Source: a virus (taxonomy: Duplodnaviria > Heunggongvirae > Uroviricota > Caudoviricetes). Taken from it: 33,771 nucleotides of DNA. The translations under genes and the position numbers were made by a program. The notes beneath the pieces were generated by a model, which worked only from the letters and a program-made list of their open reading frames with translations, was not told the origin of the DNA and did not search any database. The DNA lies in the IMG/VR virus record IMGVR_UViG_3300025711_000006. One strand, 5' to 3'. Position 1 is the first letter of the stretch. Each line of letters opens with the position of its first letter. Shown here one piece after another: positions 15,225 through 24,342 of this stretch.

Positions 15225-15424
15225 GTCTGTACGCAGCAGCCGCTGAGATAGTTGATACGCTCACAACCGAGCAGATGAATATGTACAGGCAAGTTACAAA
15301 GGCCGTATATTCAATGGGGCTCGATGACGACAACTTCCACGACGCGGTACTAGCAGTTGAAGCGGTGGGTAAAATTATGAGGTTGTCGCACGAAGCGTAC
15401 TTGGCAAGGCGTTCACTGCACTAG
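15221..15424 (+). CDS. small hypothetical protein
   Basis: ATGA coupling to the Nampt-like gene. Confidence 0.65.
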   Translation: MSLYAAAAEIVDTLTTEQMNMYRQVTKAVYSMGLDDDNFHDAVLAVEAVGKIMRLSHEAYLARRSLH

Positions 15425-15445
15425 CAATACCGTTAGGAAGTAAGT

Positions 15446-16072
15446 ATGGATAACTCGATTCGCAAGGATGCGCCCACTGTGCATGGTGTTGGTGTTAATG
15501 ATGCCGACTATGTAACCCACCCACGCGGCCAGGTGCGATGCAAGTATTACAGCACTTGGTCGCACATGCTGACCCGCTGCTATTGCCATAAATACCAATC
15601 TTCGAGGCCAACGTACATTGGAACTGAAGTTTGCCCAGAGTGGCTAGTATTTTCAAACTTCAAATCATGGATGGAGCAGCAGAACTGGGAAGGCAAACAG
15701 CTAGACAAAGACATAATCCGCCCTGGCAACAAGATATACAGCCCGGAGAACTGTGCATTTGTTAGCGCGGCAGTTAATAAGTTCGTAACTGATAGTGGAA
15801 AAACCCGAGGGGCTTGGCCCATCGGAGTTTACTACAGGCCAGATAGGCATAAGTTTAGGGCGATGGTTTGGAGAGCTGGACAAAAACGTCACCTTGGGTA
15901 TTTCGACACTCCAGAGGAAGCGCACCTTACTTGGGCGAAAGCCAAGCGCGAACAGTTAGATATTTTGATCGAGCAAGAACAGCCGCCTGAAATAGTAGCA
16001 AACGCGCTAATTGTGAAGTACGAACAGATACTGGAACACGCAGTAAAGGCATGTGATGGAACACAGCATTAA
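15446..16072 (+). CDS. free-standing HNH/AP2-type homing endonuclease-like protein
   Basis: YSTWSHMLTRC...EVCPEWLVFSNF...LDKDI..GNKIYSPENC, plus AP2-like GVYY...FRAMV...HLGYFDTPEEAH. Confidence 0.8.
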   Translation: MDNSIRKDAPTVHGVGVNDADYVTHPRGQVRCKYYSTWSHMLTRCYCHKYQSSRPTYIGTEVCPEWLVFSNFKSWMEQQNWEGKQLDKDIIRPGNKIYSPENCAFVSAAVNKFVTDSGKTRGAWPIGVYYRPDRHKFRAMVWRAGQKRHLGYFDTPEEAHLTWAKAKREQLDILIEQEQPPEIVANALIVKYEQILEHAVKACDGTQH

Positions 16073-17870
16073 GAAATACGGGCAGGTCATTGACCTGTCT
16101 GTTCCGGGCCATGTGGCATGCCCGGTTTGCCGGAAGAAGGGCCGAGATAATTCAGGGGATAACCTGGTTGTCTACGGCCTGGACTCTTCCGGTCGCCACA
16201 AAGGTTGTCGTTGTTTCGGGGAATGCGGATGGAGCTACCCCAGCGTGGAGTTCATGGAAGCGAACGGCGGTTATGAAGAAAGGGAAGAAGAGATATCAGT
16301 AGTGGGCAAGCCGTTTAACGAAGAGATTCACAATCAACTCAAGGAAGAGACTGGCGACCGAACCAAAGGTTATCGCGGTATCCGAGATGAAGTTTCAAAG
16401 AAGTTCATGTTGCGTTATCGCTACAGCGAGGAAGATGGCCAAGTAGATGAGGTTTACTACCCTTGCACTAAGAACTACAAGCTCACCGGCTACAAGATCC
16501 GCCGTCACCCGAAAGAGTTCCCCAACCCGTTCGGTGAGACTGGCCTTCAGTGTGACTTGTTTGGTCAAATCTGGTTTAAGACCTTCAATGGCACCGTACT
16601 TATCACTGGTGGTGAGCACGACGCCCTGGCGGCGTACCAGATGCTATTCGATGCACAGAAAAACAAGAACTTCGACCCGGTAGCCGTTGTATCCGGTACA
16701 AGCGGGGAGGGCAGTGTACATAAACAGGTCCAGGCCCAGTATGAGTTCTTCAACCAGTTCAAGAAGATCGTTATCTGCATGGATAACGATGAAGTTGGCC
16801 AGAAGGCCGTAGAGAAGATCGTTAAGGCTCTCCCACGCGGCAAAGTCTTCGTTATGAAGATGCGGAAGAAAGATCCTAACTCCTACATCTACGACAACGC
16901 TTCCGGTCGTGCTGTCCGAGCCGAACAGGACTTCATTAACGACTTCTGGAGCGCTCAGCCGCATACACCGGCAGGGGTATATGCCTCTACCGCGTTGAAA
17001 CAGGCCGCGATGGACCGCGCCGACCTGCCGATCATCAGCTTGCCTGAGTGTTTGGCCGGTGTAGCCGCCCTAAGTGGTGGTGGGATTGTAAAGCAAGAAA
17101 TCTTCCTGCTGCTGGCTAAAACCAGTATCGGTAAGACCACAGCAATGAGCGCCCTTACAGAGCATATGGCCCTGTATGAGCCTAACGAAGTTGTTGGCGT
17201 GCTCTCGCTGGAACAGGACCACGGTAAGTTCTCCTTGAACCTGCTTTCGTATCACCTGGGCAAAGCACTGCACCGTATGACCAAGGAAGAGCGTCAAGCC
17301 TACTTGGAAGAGAACGACGGCAAAATTGACAAGCTGTACATGCGGGACGATGGATCGCCCACGCTGTATGTCTGCGACGACCGTGGCGCTACCTGGGATC
17401 AAATCAAAGAGAAAGTGCTGGAGATGATTATCGGTATGGGCGTGACCCTGCTGATTATCGACCCGTACTCTGACTTGCTATCGGGTATGAGCGTGAGCGA
17501 ACAGGAAGAAGTAGCAACGTGGATTAAGAAGATCATGAAAGAGTATGGCATTACTCCGATCATCGTTTCCCACGTTCGTAAGACAAGCAATGGTGGCAAG
17601 GATTCGCCACTGACTGAGGATGACGCCCAAGGTAGTTCGTTCCTCGTTAAAGCGTCTGGCCTAACTCTCTCTCTGGAGCGGGACAAGCAGAACCCGAACC
17701 CGATCTTGCGGAACAAAACTTCGGTGAACATCCTGAAGAACCGCGACTTCTCGGAGACTGGCCCAGCAGGCGGTATGTTCTATGACATTCCAACTGCACG
17801 CCTGCACGACTTTGACCGCTACATGGAAGTTAATCCACATCTAGCCGCACTATTGGAAGACGAAGAGTAA
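16053..17870 (+). CDS. primase-helicase (Zn finger + TOPRIM + DnaB-like)
   Basis: CPVC...C N-terminus, ITGGEHDALA, MDNDEVG, KDPN, Walker A AKTSIGKT, LLIIDP, SHVRK. Confidence 0.93.
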   Translation: MMEHSIKKYGQVIDLSVPGHVACPVCRKKGRDNSGDNLVVYGLDSSGRHKGCRCFGECGWSYPSVEFMEANGGYEEREEEISVVGKPFNEEIHNQLKEETGDRTKGYRGIRDEVSKKFMLRYRYSEEDGQVDEVYYPCTKNYKLTGYKIRRHPKEFPNPFGETGLQCDLFGQIWFKTFNGTVLITGGEHDALAAYQMLFDAQKNKNFDPVAVVSGTSGEGSVHKQVQAQYEFFNQFKKIVICMDNDEVGQKAVEKIVKALPRGKVFVMKMRKKDPNSYIYDNASGRAVRAEQDFINDFWSAQPHTPAGVYASTALKQAAMDRADLPIISLPECLAGVAALSGGGIVKQEIFLLLAKTSIGKTTAMSALTEHMALYEPNEVVGVLSLEQDHGKFSLNLLSYHLGKALHRMTKEERQAYLEENDGKIDKLYMRDDGSPTLYVCDDRGATWDQIKEKVLEMIIGMGVTLLIIDPYSDLLSGMSVSEQEEVATWIKKIMKEYGITPIIVSHVRKTSNGGKDSPLTEDDAQGSSFLVKASGLTLSLERDKQNPNPILRNKTSVNILKNRDFSETGPAGGMFYDIPTARLHDFDRYMEVNPHLAALLEDEE

Positions 17871-17879
17871 GGAAGTAAG

Positions 17880-20522
17880 GTGCTACCCAAGGATATTACT
17901 TGGGACTTGGAATCGACTGGGCTGCTTAACAGCAGCTCTATCGACTATTCCAGTGTCCCCTATAAGTTGAAGGACGACTTCAAGATTCACTGCATTGTCG
18001 TTGAGTTCGATGACAAGATTGTCGCATTCCACGACGGCCCCAAGTATGTATTCGACGGGCGACCGTTTGTTGTTGACTACTCGGCAGTAAACGATGCGTA
18101 TACATACACCTTCGAAGACTATGAGCCGCTGGAGTACATCCATCGTCCGCTCTCAGACTTCCGCAACTTTCTGGAATGGATCCCAGAGGGTAGCCGTATC
18201 ATCGCGCATAACCAGATCAACTTCGACTTGCTGGTAATCAAGCTGTACTTCGGAGTGGATTACAAGGTGGAAGTGGGTATGGATACCCCGCTGGGTGATG
18301 ACTCCTGGGGCGGCAAGCCGGTTGTGTTTGACGACACAATGATTCGCTCCAAGACGTTGAACCCTGACCGCTTTGGTGGCCACAGCCTGGAGAACCTGGC
18401 TGTAGGTTCCAGCGATGAGAAAATGGACTTCCGCCCACACGTACCACGGGACTTCCGCTTCCTAGTGAGCGGCGCCGATATGGTGTATTACAACATCCTC
18501 GACGTTAAGGCTAACAAACTGGTAGCCAAGAAACTCGACGCTGAGATGACGTTGTGGGATTGGAACGAGAAGTGGCACCCGGCCTTGAAGCTGGAGAAGC
18601 AGACCGTTGAGCTAATCACTCGCCAGGAACACCGGGGGTTCGCCTTCGACAAGGGATTGGCCGAAGAGTGTTTGAGCGAGCTGGATGCAATGATGGAAGA
18701 ACGCCGCGTGAAGATCGAGGCGATTATTCCACCGCGACCAGCCACCAAGGGCTATATGTCGGACTTCACGCCGCCGAAGCTTCAGTTCAAGAAGTCTACG
18801 GGGGAGCCATCTGCGAACATGCAGAAGTTTGCTGTTAAGATCGGCGGCAGCATTATCGAGACGGTAGACGGCTATGAGATGGAATGGCAGGGCAAGAACT
18901 ACAAGCTACCGTTGCCCGAAGGTGTTCCACTTGTAACGACAATGAAGTCAACGATCAACGATACGACCCACATCAAAGAGTGGCTTGTATCGCTCGGCTG
19001 GCAACCGATGGAGTACAAAGAGAAAGACCTGACCGTCGATGCGAAGAAGAATAAGCTTTCGCCTGAGAAACTTGATGCTGCGATTGACCGCTACATTGAG
19101 CAGACCATGTATAGCGAGTTCCGAAAAGACCGTATGGACTTCCTTGAGGTTGATCCGAGAGGCAATGAAGGCTTTGTGCGTAAGAAGCTGCGCGACTTCT
19201 TCCTGATGCGTAAACAGCGTGGTGGTGGGCTAAAGGTTCAAACAAACCCAAGCTTCACCGTAGGCCAAGAAAAGGAGATTTGCCCTAATCTGAAAGTCCT
19301 CGCTGAGAGCCGGGAAGAACTGAATTGCATCACGGATATCACGGAGTACCTGACCTACCGTCACCGTCGTAACTCTATCCTGGGTGGTGGACAAACCTTC
19401 GAGGACTTCGAAGACGACACGGACGAACAAACTTCCAAGGGTTACTTGGCGAACATCCGTGAAGACGGACGTATCCCAACCCCGGCTGGTACGTGTGACG
19501 CTGCAACATCTCGGATGCGCCACCGCCTTGTAGTAAACGTTCCACGCTCGACCAGCCTGTATGGCGAGAATATGCGAGCCCTCTTCATGGCAGACAGCAA
19601 TGTCGCATGGCAACTTGGCTATGACTTCAGCTCCCTGGAGGCCCGTATTGAAGGCCACTACTGCTGGATTCACGAACAGGATGAACTGAAGGCATATTGC
19701 AACTCGCTCATTCAGGAAAAGCCGAACGATGTTCACACAATGATGGCGCAGCGTATCAGTGCGATTATTAATAGTGACTTTGGCCGTAGCCCTGCGAAGA
19801 ACGTTAAGTATGGGGCCACGTATGGTGCCCAGGCAGCGAAAATCGCCAAGACCATTGGTTGCTCTCTTGAGATCGGCCAGATGATCTATGACGCCTTCTG
19901 GGAAGCTGCCGAGCCACTAGCATTGCTGAAAGATGCACTGAAGAAAGAGTGGGCCAAGTTCGGTAAGAAACGCATTGTCGGCATTGATGGTCGTCTTGTT
20001 CCAACCCGCTCGGCTCACGCAATCCTCAACAGCCTGTTCCAGGGTGGCGGGGTTGTATGTGCGAAGTTGGTAATGGTGTGGCATGACCGCCTTGCTGCTG
20101 CTGAAGGCATGATCGTGGACTTCTTTACCCAGTCCCTGGACGACGTAAAGGACTGGTGGCAGCAGATGATCGCCATGCACGACGAAGCCCAGGGCGAGGT
20201 TAACCGCTCTTCAGTCAAGTTCAAGGTCTTCACCAAGGAGGCCCTGGGCTGGAAGAAGATCGAGCACGCGGATAAGGCTGAGCGGAAAAAGCTCCAGGCT
20301 GCCGAGGATGCCCGGTGCGAGAAGGTGGCCAGCGATTGGAAGGCCGCTCAGGAAGGTGTCTGGAGCGACGTACAGCACACAGACAAGGCGTGGTTCGTAG
20401 CGTACTGCCGCCAGGGCGAACTCATCTCAGAGGCCGTCCAGCGCGTCAACAGCGCATTCAACCTAAACGTACCGCTCGATGCCGGGTACGTCCTGGGCCG
20501 GTCGTGGAAGGACTGCCACTGA
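17880..20522 (+). CDS. family A DNA polymerase with 3'-5' exonuclease
   Basis: WDLES (ExoI), HNQINFD (ExoII), YNILD, DFSSLEAR (motif A), AKNVKYGATYG (motif B), HDE (motif C). Confidence 0.95.
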   Translation: MLPKDITWDLESTGLLNSSSIDYSSVPYKLKDDFKIHCIVVEFDDKIVAFHDGPKYVFDGRPFVVDYSAVNDAYTYTFEDYEPLEYIHRPLSDFRNFLEWIPEGSRIIAHNQINFDLLVIKLYFGVDYKVEVGMDTPLGDDSWGGKPVVFDDTMIRSKTLNPDRFGGHSLENLAVGSSDEKMDFRPHVPRDFRFLVSGADMVYYNILDVKANKLVAKKLDAEMTLWDWNEKWHPALKLEKQTVELITRQEHRGFAFDKGLAEECLSELDAMMEERRVKIEAIIPPRPATKGYMSDFTPPKLQFKKSTGEPSANMQKFAVKIGGSIIETVDGYEMEWQGKNYKLPLPEGVPLVTTMKSTINDTTHIKEWLVSLGWQPMEYKEKDLTVDAKKNKLSPEKLDAAIDRYIEQTMYSEFRKDRMDFLEVDPRGNEGFVRKKLRDFFLMRKQRGGGLKVQTNPSFTVGQEKEICPNLKVLAESREELNCITDITEYLTYRHRRNSILGGGQTFEDFEDDTDEQTSKGYLANIREDGRIPTPAGTCDAATSRMRHRLVVNVPRSTSLYGENMRALFMADSNVAWQLGYDFSSLEARIEGHYCWIHEQDELKAYCNSLIQEKPNDVHTMMAQRISAIINSDFGRSPAKNVKYGATYGAQAAKIAKTIGCSLEIGQMIYDAFWEAAEPLALLKDALKKEWAKFGKKRIVGIDGRLVPTRSAHAILNSLFQGGGVVCAKLVMVWHDRLAAAEGMIVDFFTQSLDDVKDWWQQMIAMHDEAQGEVNRSSVKFKVFTKEALGWKKIEHADKAERKKLQAAEDARCEKVASDWKAAQEGVWSDVQHTDKAWFVAYCRQGELISEAVQRVNSAFNLNVPLDAGYVLGRSWKDCH

Positions 20523-20557
20523 TTTCAAGTATTTTGTAAAAATGTTGTGGTAGGCGC

Positions 20558-20585
20558 TTGACTCGACGGGGATTTCCTGTATCAT
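20558..20585 (+). promoter_or_regulatory. sigma70-like promoter
   Basis: TTGACT (20558-20563), 16 nt, TATCAT (20580-20585). Confidence 0.6.
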
Positions 20586-20619
20586 GCGCTCACCACCCCA
20601 AGAAAGGGGAGGTAATGCT

Positions 20620-20916
20620 GTGCCCGTAACCCTTACGGATGCGCTGGCCACGGAGCTTGGCCAGCTCTGGGACGATGACGACCCAGTAGAGATAGGTGGA
20701 TTCACATACGTCCTGTATGAAGAGTCCGGCGAAACCAATGAGATGAAAGACGTACTCTGGGATCGCATTTACAAGCGCAATGACGACAAGTACTTCGTGC
20801 AGTATTGCTCGAAACGGGGCGACTATTGGTCCGGTTATGAGCATGACTATGGCGATGAGCTATACGAAGTTAAGGAAGTCGAGACTAAAGTAGTTCAATG
20901 GATGATTGCTGAATGA
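20620..20916 (+). CDS. acidic hypothetical protein
   Basis: GTG 20620 with GGAGG RBS. The track start (20584) lies inside the -10 box. Confidence 0.75.
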   Translation: MPVTLTDALATELGQLWDDDDPVEIGGFTYVLYEESGETNEMKDVLWDRIYKRNDDKYFVQYCSKRGDYWSGYEHDYGDELYEVKEVETKVVQWMIAE

Positions 20917-21356
20917 GTTTCAAGGTTGGCGATAAGGTACGGGTGCTAGAGGACATTGGTTCCCCGACTTATGATTGGGGTAATGTAAGCCCTGGTGAGA
21001 TTGGTGTAGTTACCGAACTGCGTAGCGACACCCACATGATTGTAGATTTCCCCTCCCAGCTCGACTGGAACGCAAATCCGCAAGATATGGAAGTTGTAGC
21101 GACCACAGTTAGCACCTCGGAAGGTGCCCAGGCTGGCCGAGTCGTTGAGGATGTTCTAGCGACCATCGCAAGTGAGCCCAAAGAGAAACGTAAGTCGCCC
21201 GATAAAGTGCTGGCCTACGGTATTCTCAATGCAGACGGCACCCTCAATGGGTGGACAACTGACCGGGATACAGCTCGCACACGGAAGGCAAAACTAGGTG
21301 GTAAGCAAGAAGGCATTACCATTGTTGTATTGAAAGCAGGAAAGGAAATCCGCTGA
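20913..21356 (+). CDS. hypothetical protein, N-terminal SH3/KOW-like domain
   Basis: FKVGDKVRV...GEIGVV...VDFP; ATGA coupling. Confidence 0.75.
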   Translation: MSFKVGDKVRVLEDIGSPTYDWGNVSPGEIGVVTELRSDTHMIVDFPSQLDWNANPQDMEVVATTVSTSEGAQAGRVVEDVLATIASEPKEKRKSPDKVLAYGILNADGTLNGWTTDRDTARTRKAKLGGKQEGITIVVLKAGKEIR

Positions 21357-21520
21357 TGGCTGGTTACATTGTTCACAACCCCTCCGCAGCATCGAAGTTT
21401 CAAGACGAACTTTATGGTTCGGGCATGCGCGTAGCTAACCCGACCGCAAAGAAGGCCCCCGATGGCCAAGTAGTGGTTCGCTGCACTGTTAGTGGCAAAG
21501 AATTCACTGTGAAAAAGTAA
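21356..21520 (+). CDS. small conserved-looking phage protein (54 aa, absent from the ORF track)
   Basis: TGATG coupling, AGGAAAGG upstream. Translation MAGYIVHNPSAASKFQDELYGSGMRVANP...RCTVSGKEFTVKK. Confidence 0.75.
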   Translation: MAGYIVHNPSAASKFQDELYGSGMRVANPTAKKAPDGQVVVRCTVSGKEFTVKK

Positions 21521-21569
21521 GACCGATAGATAGCAATACAGAAATCAAGTAAGCAAGTAATAGAGAAAG
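21517..21569 (+). repeat. degenerate 7-unit GNAA(G/T) array at exact 8-nt period
   Basis: GTAAG 21517, GATAG 21525, GCAAT 21533, GAAAT 21541, GTAAG 21549, GTAAT 21557, GAAAG 21565; ATG at 21578. Confidence 0.65.
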
Positions 21570-21577
21570 CAAATTAA

Positions 21578-22603
21578 ATGGCATTTAAGACAGTAGGAGC
21601 CCCTGCTGGGGGCAATAGCGAGTCCACAATTGACTTCGAAGCGATTAACCGTTATCGCGTAGAGGCCGCTGGGCTGCAAGATCGTGAAACTCTGGGGGGT
21701 CGTGTTGCAGCAGTAATCGACCTGGGCGTGCAGAAACAAGCGGACGCTGAAACTACCTTCACCGGTACTCCAGAAGAAGAAGAAGCTATCATGGCTGAAT
21801 ACCCTGATACTTACTTCAAAGATGGTATCGACCAAGATACCAAGAAAGAAGTTCGCCTGAAGTGCTGGCCACAAAAGCCAGTGCAGTGTGTGGTACTTGC
21901 AATTGACTTCGATGATATCATTGTCGATATGGCACAAGCCTACGGCGAGCCATCTGATCCGAAGCCTCTTCGCCTGTACACCGGCAACCAGTTCTTCATC
22001 CAAGGCCAGGGCATGGTAGTTGCACGCCCGACGCCTCTGCGTGTTGTGAACCTCGATAAGACCCGCAAAACCAAGCGTTGGTCCCTGGCTCAGAACAACA
22101 TGCTGCACAAGATGGCGGTTGCTGCGAAGCTCATCAAGGCCGACGAACCTTTCCTGCCTGACCGCATTGACGAACTACTGGGTAAAGCGTTCCAGTTTGA
22201 CGCCCAGGTTTACTTCAAGCAGTCCGGCCAGAAGGAATACTTCACCGAGTACCTGCGCTTTGCATCAGCCCTGGGCCGTGGCCAGACAGTTCCTGAGCTG
22301 TCCACCACCCCTTACATCGTTCAATTCGATGAAGAGAACCCAGACTCTGCAATCACTGAGCTACGCCAACACGTTATCAACACCATCAAGGGTGCTGAGA
22401 ACTACAAAGGCTCCGTGATCGAGAAGCAGATTAACACTCTGCGTAAGCGTAAAGAGACTCAAGCGAGTGAAGGTGACGCTGATCCTGATCGTGAAGAAGA
22501 ACAGGAAGAGTCGAAGCCAACTCCGAAAGTTGCAGGCCGTAAGCCTTCTGCATCGAAGCGTGCAGAGATTACCCCAGCCGCTGATGGTGACACTCCCTGG
22601 TAA
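21578..22603 (+). CDS. conserved replication-region protein, candidate ssDNA-binding protein
   Basis: Lies between polymerase and exonuclease; flexible acidic tail ending ADGDTPW. The function is inferred. Confidence 0.8.
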   Translation: MAFKTVGAPAGGNSESTIDFEAINRYRVEAAGLQDRETLGGRVAAVIDLGVQKQADAETTFTGTPEEEEAIMAEYPDTYFKDGIDQDTKKEVRLKCWPQKPVQCVVLAIDFDDIIVDMAQAYGEPSDPKPLRLYTGNQFFIQGQGMVVARPTPLRVVNLDKTRKTKRWSLAQNNMLHKMAVAAKLIKADEPFLPDRIDELLGKAFQFDAQVYFKQSGQKEYFTEYLRFASALGRGQTVPELSTTPYIVQFDEENPDSAITELRQHVINTIKGAENYKGSVIEKQINTLRKRKETQASEGDADPDREEEQEESKPTPKVAGRKPSASKRAEITPAADGDTPW

Positions 22604-22610
22604 AGGGTAG

Positions 22611-22628
22611 GGGGCGGGAAACCGCCCC
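22611..22628 (+). terminator. GC hairpin with GAAA loop
   Basis: GGGGCGG-GAAA-CCGCCCC with a weak U-tail. Confidence 0.5.
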
Positions 22629-22648
22629 ATTCTCAAAGGATTGAGACT

Positions 22649-22822
22649 ATGAAAGTTGGACTTCTAGGACTGATGTTCCTGGTGATGTTCGGCCTCAAAC
22701 TTGCTGGCCCATTGGCTGGAGTTAGTTGGCTGTGGATCACTGCACCACTGTGGATTCCTGCAATCCTCATCGGTGCGTTCTTCACCTACCTTGGCTATAA
22801 AATCTACTCGGCAATGAAATGA
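22649..22822 (+). CDS. small membrane protein (57 aa, absent from the ORF track)
   Basis: AAAGGA RBS. Translation MKVGLLGLMFLVMFGLKLAG...VSWLWITAPLWIP..., a common phage LKL..WSW.W..APLW pattern. Confidence 0.75.
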   Translation: MKVGLLGLMFLVMFGLKLAGPLAGVSWLWITAPLWIPAILIGAFFTYLGYKIYSAMK

Positions 22823-22920
22823 CTCTTCAATCTACTGACTCACAAGCAGCAACCTCCGCACTCTCCACTCTTACTACCAGAGTCGTGAACAGCGTAACCA
22901 ATTCGCAAGGAAGCAACAGC

Positions 22921-23118
22921 ATGACCGCAGAACAATTTGCCTATTGGCTCCAGGGCTTTGCCGAGCTGAATAACGGCGCCCTCCCGAACGAAACTCAGTG
23001 GCGTTCTATCAATGACCACCTGAAAACCGTATTCCACAAAGTGACGCCTTACTACTCTGGCGGCATTACTACATCTCCAGGCCAGAGCATCACGACTCTT
23101 GGCTCTGTAGTCTGCTAA
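22921..23118 (+). CDS. conserved small phage protein
   Basis: MTAEQFAYWLQGFAEL...QW..I..HL pattern; AAGGAAG RBS before ATG 22921. Confidence 0.75.
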   Translation: MTAEQFAYWLQGFAELNNGALPNETQWRSINDHLKTVFHKVTPYYSGGITTSPGQSITTLGSVVC

Positions 23119-23129
23119 CAAGGACTGTT

Positions 23130-23390
23130 ATGCAAACCGAACAGAAGGAACTGTACGAGCGCTTGGCCGTACTGATTGGCGAACAGATTGTACTTGCAGA
23201 AGACATTAAGCAACTGAAGCAAGACTTCGCCTTCAACAAGAAGAGCAACCCGACCGGACTACCCAAGGAAGTGGTAGCCGATGTTCACGGTGCTGCTAAG
23301 ATCAAGGCTCAGAACGACTACGAAGAGAAGCGTGAAAAGACGCTGAAGGTCTTCAATAAGTTCGAAGAGCTGGAAGGCTACAACGACTGA
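23130..23390 (+). CDS. small helical protein, possibly GapR/DsbA-like DNA-binding
   Basis: AAGGA RBS; the LAEDIKQLKQD...GLPKEVV...KIKA pattern loosely resembles DUF2312/T4 DsbA. Family assignment tentative. Confidence 0.7.
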   Translation: MQTEQKELYERLAVLIGEQIVLAEDIKQLKQDFAFNKKSNPTGLPKEVVADVHGAAKIKAQNDYEEKREKTLKVFNKFEELEGYND

Positions 23391-23397
23391 GATTAGT

Positions 23398-24342
23398 ATG
23401 AGAACGCTGATTATCGACTTCGATACGGTTCTCTACTCTTCTGCTGCACAACAACAGACTAACCGATGCCTAGCAATCCACAAGGAAAGTGGCCGGGAAA
23501 AGTTGTGGGACTCAAAGACTGAGTTCAATACGTGGCTCAAAGGACAGAACCGCTGGACAAAGGAAGACTTCGAGTTCAAGGTTAAATCTGAAGTGACTGG
23601 TGAAGCCAGTCACGCCTTCAGGACCATTGACCAGAAGCTGTCCAACATCATTAACGCCGGTAAGTGTGATGACTTTCTTATTATCATGGAAGGCCCCGGC
23701 AACTTTCGCATGGAACGCGAATCGAGGTTTGTGAACTACAAGGGCTCTCGACCAGAGAAGCCACTGCTGTTTCACAAATGCAAGGAGTTCGTTCGGTCTA
23801 AGTACCGCCACAACCTGCTGATGGCTGTTGATCGGGAAACCGACGACGAAGTTGTTATGCGGAGCTGGGAAAGCTACAACCGTAGCTTCAAGTACAAGGA
23901 CAAGGATGAAGCGAACTACGTCATTGCCTATTGCGATAAGGACATTCCCGCAAATGGCCGTGGCTGGATGTTGAACTACTTCAAACTGGAAGAAGGGATC
24001 TTCTGGAATGATGCTTTCACTCAGAGCTATAACTTCGCTACTCAGTGCCTCACCGGGGATAATGCCGATGAGATTCCGGGTATCGAATATTTGTCTCCTG
24101 AGCTGAAGGAGAAGTACGGCATTCGCGTGAATGGAGTAGGGCCAGCCACAGCAGTGAAGCTGCTGGCCGATTGCAAGACCGAAGCGGACCTAGCTGCACG
24201 GGTTGTTGAGTGCTACAGGGAAACTTACCCAAAGGATTGGCGTGAGCGCCTGGACGACAACGCCTTCTACTTGTACTTGCTGAGAAGCGAGGACGATAAG
24301 TGGGATGCAGCTAGGTATTTTGGAGCTGCCTGGGATGAGTGA
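23398..24342 (+). CDS. 5'-3' exonuclease (FEN/T7 gp6-like)
   Basis: IIDFD, YKGSR, ETDD, DKD, LTGDNADEIPG, GVGPATA (H3TH). Confidence 0.9.
   Translation: MRTLIIDFDTVLYSSAAQQQTNRCLAIHKESGREKLWDSKTEFNTWLKGQNRWTKEDFEFKVKSEVTGEASHAFRTIDQKLSNIINAGKCDDFLIIMEGPGNFRMERESRFVNYKGSRPEKPLLFHKCKEFVRSKYRHNLLMAVDRETDDEVVMRSWESYNRSFKYKDKDEANYVIAYCDKDIPANGRGWMLNYFKLEEGIFWNDAFTQSYNFATQCLTGDNADEIPGIEYLSPELKEKYGIRVNGVGPATAVKLLADCKTEADLAARVVECYRETYPKDWRERLDDNAFYLYLLRSEDDKWDAARYFGAAWDE

Noticed and set aside
17880-20522. Intein or group I intron in the polymerase, primase-helicase or nrdA/nrdB
   Set aside because: Reading frames are continuous, lengths are normal, and no intein C/S...HN-C/S/T junction or LAGLIDADG motif was seen.
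22819-22920. 34-aa S/T-rich N-terminal extension of the 22921 gene
   Set aside because: The internal ATG 22921 has a good RBS and starts the recognisable family motif.
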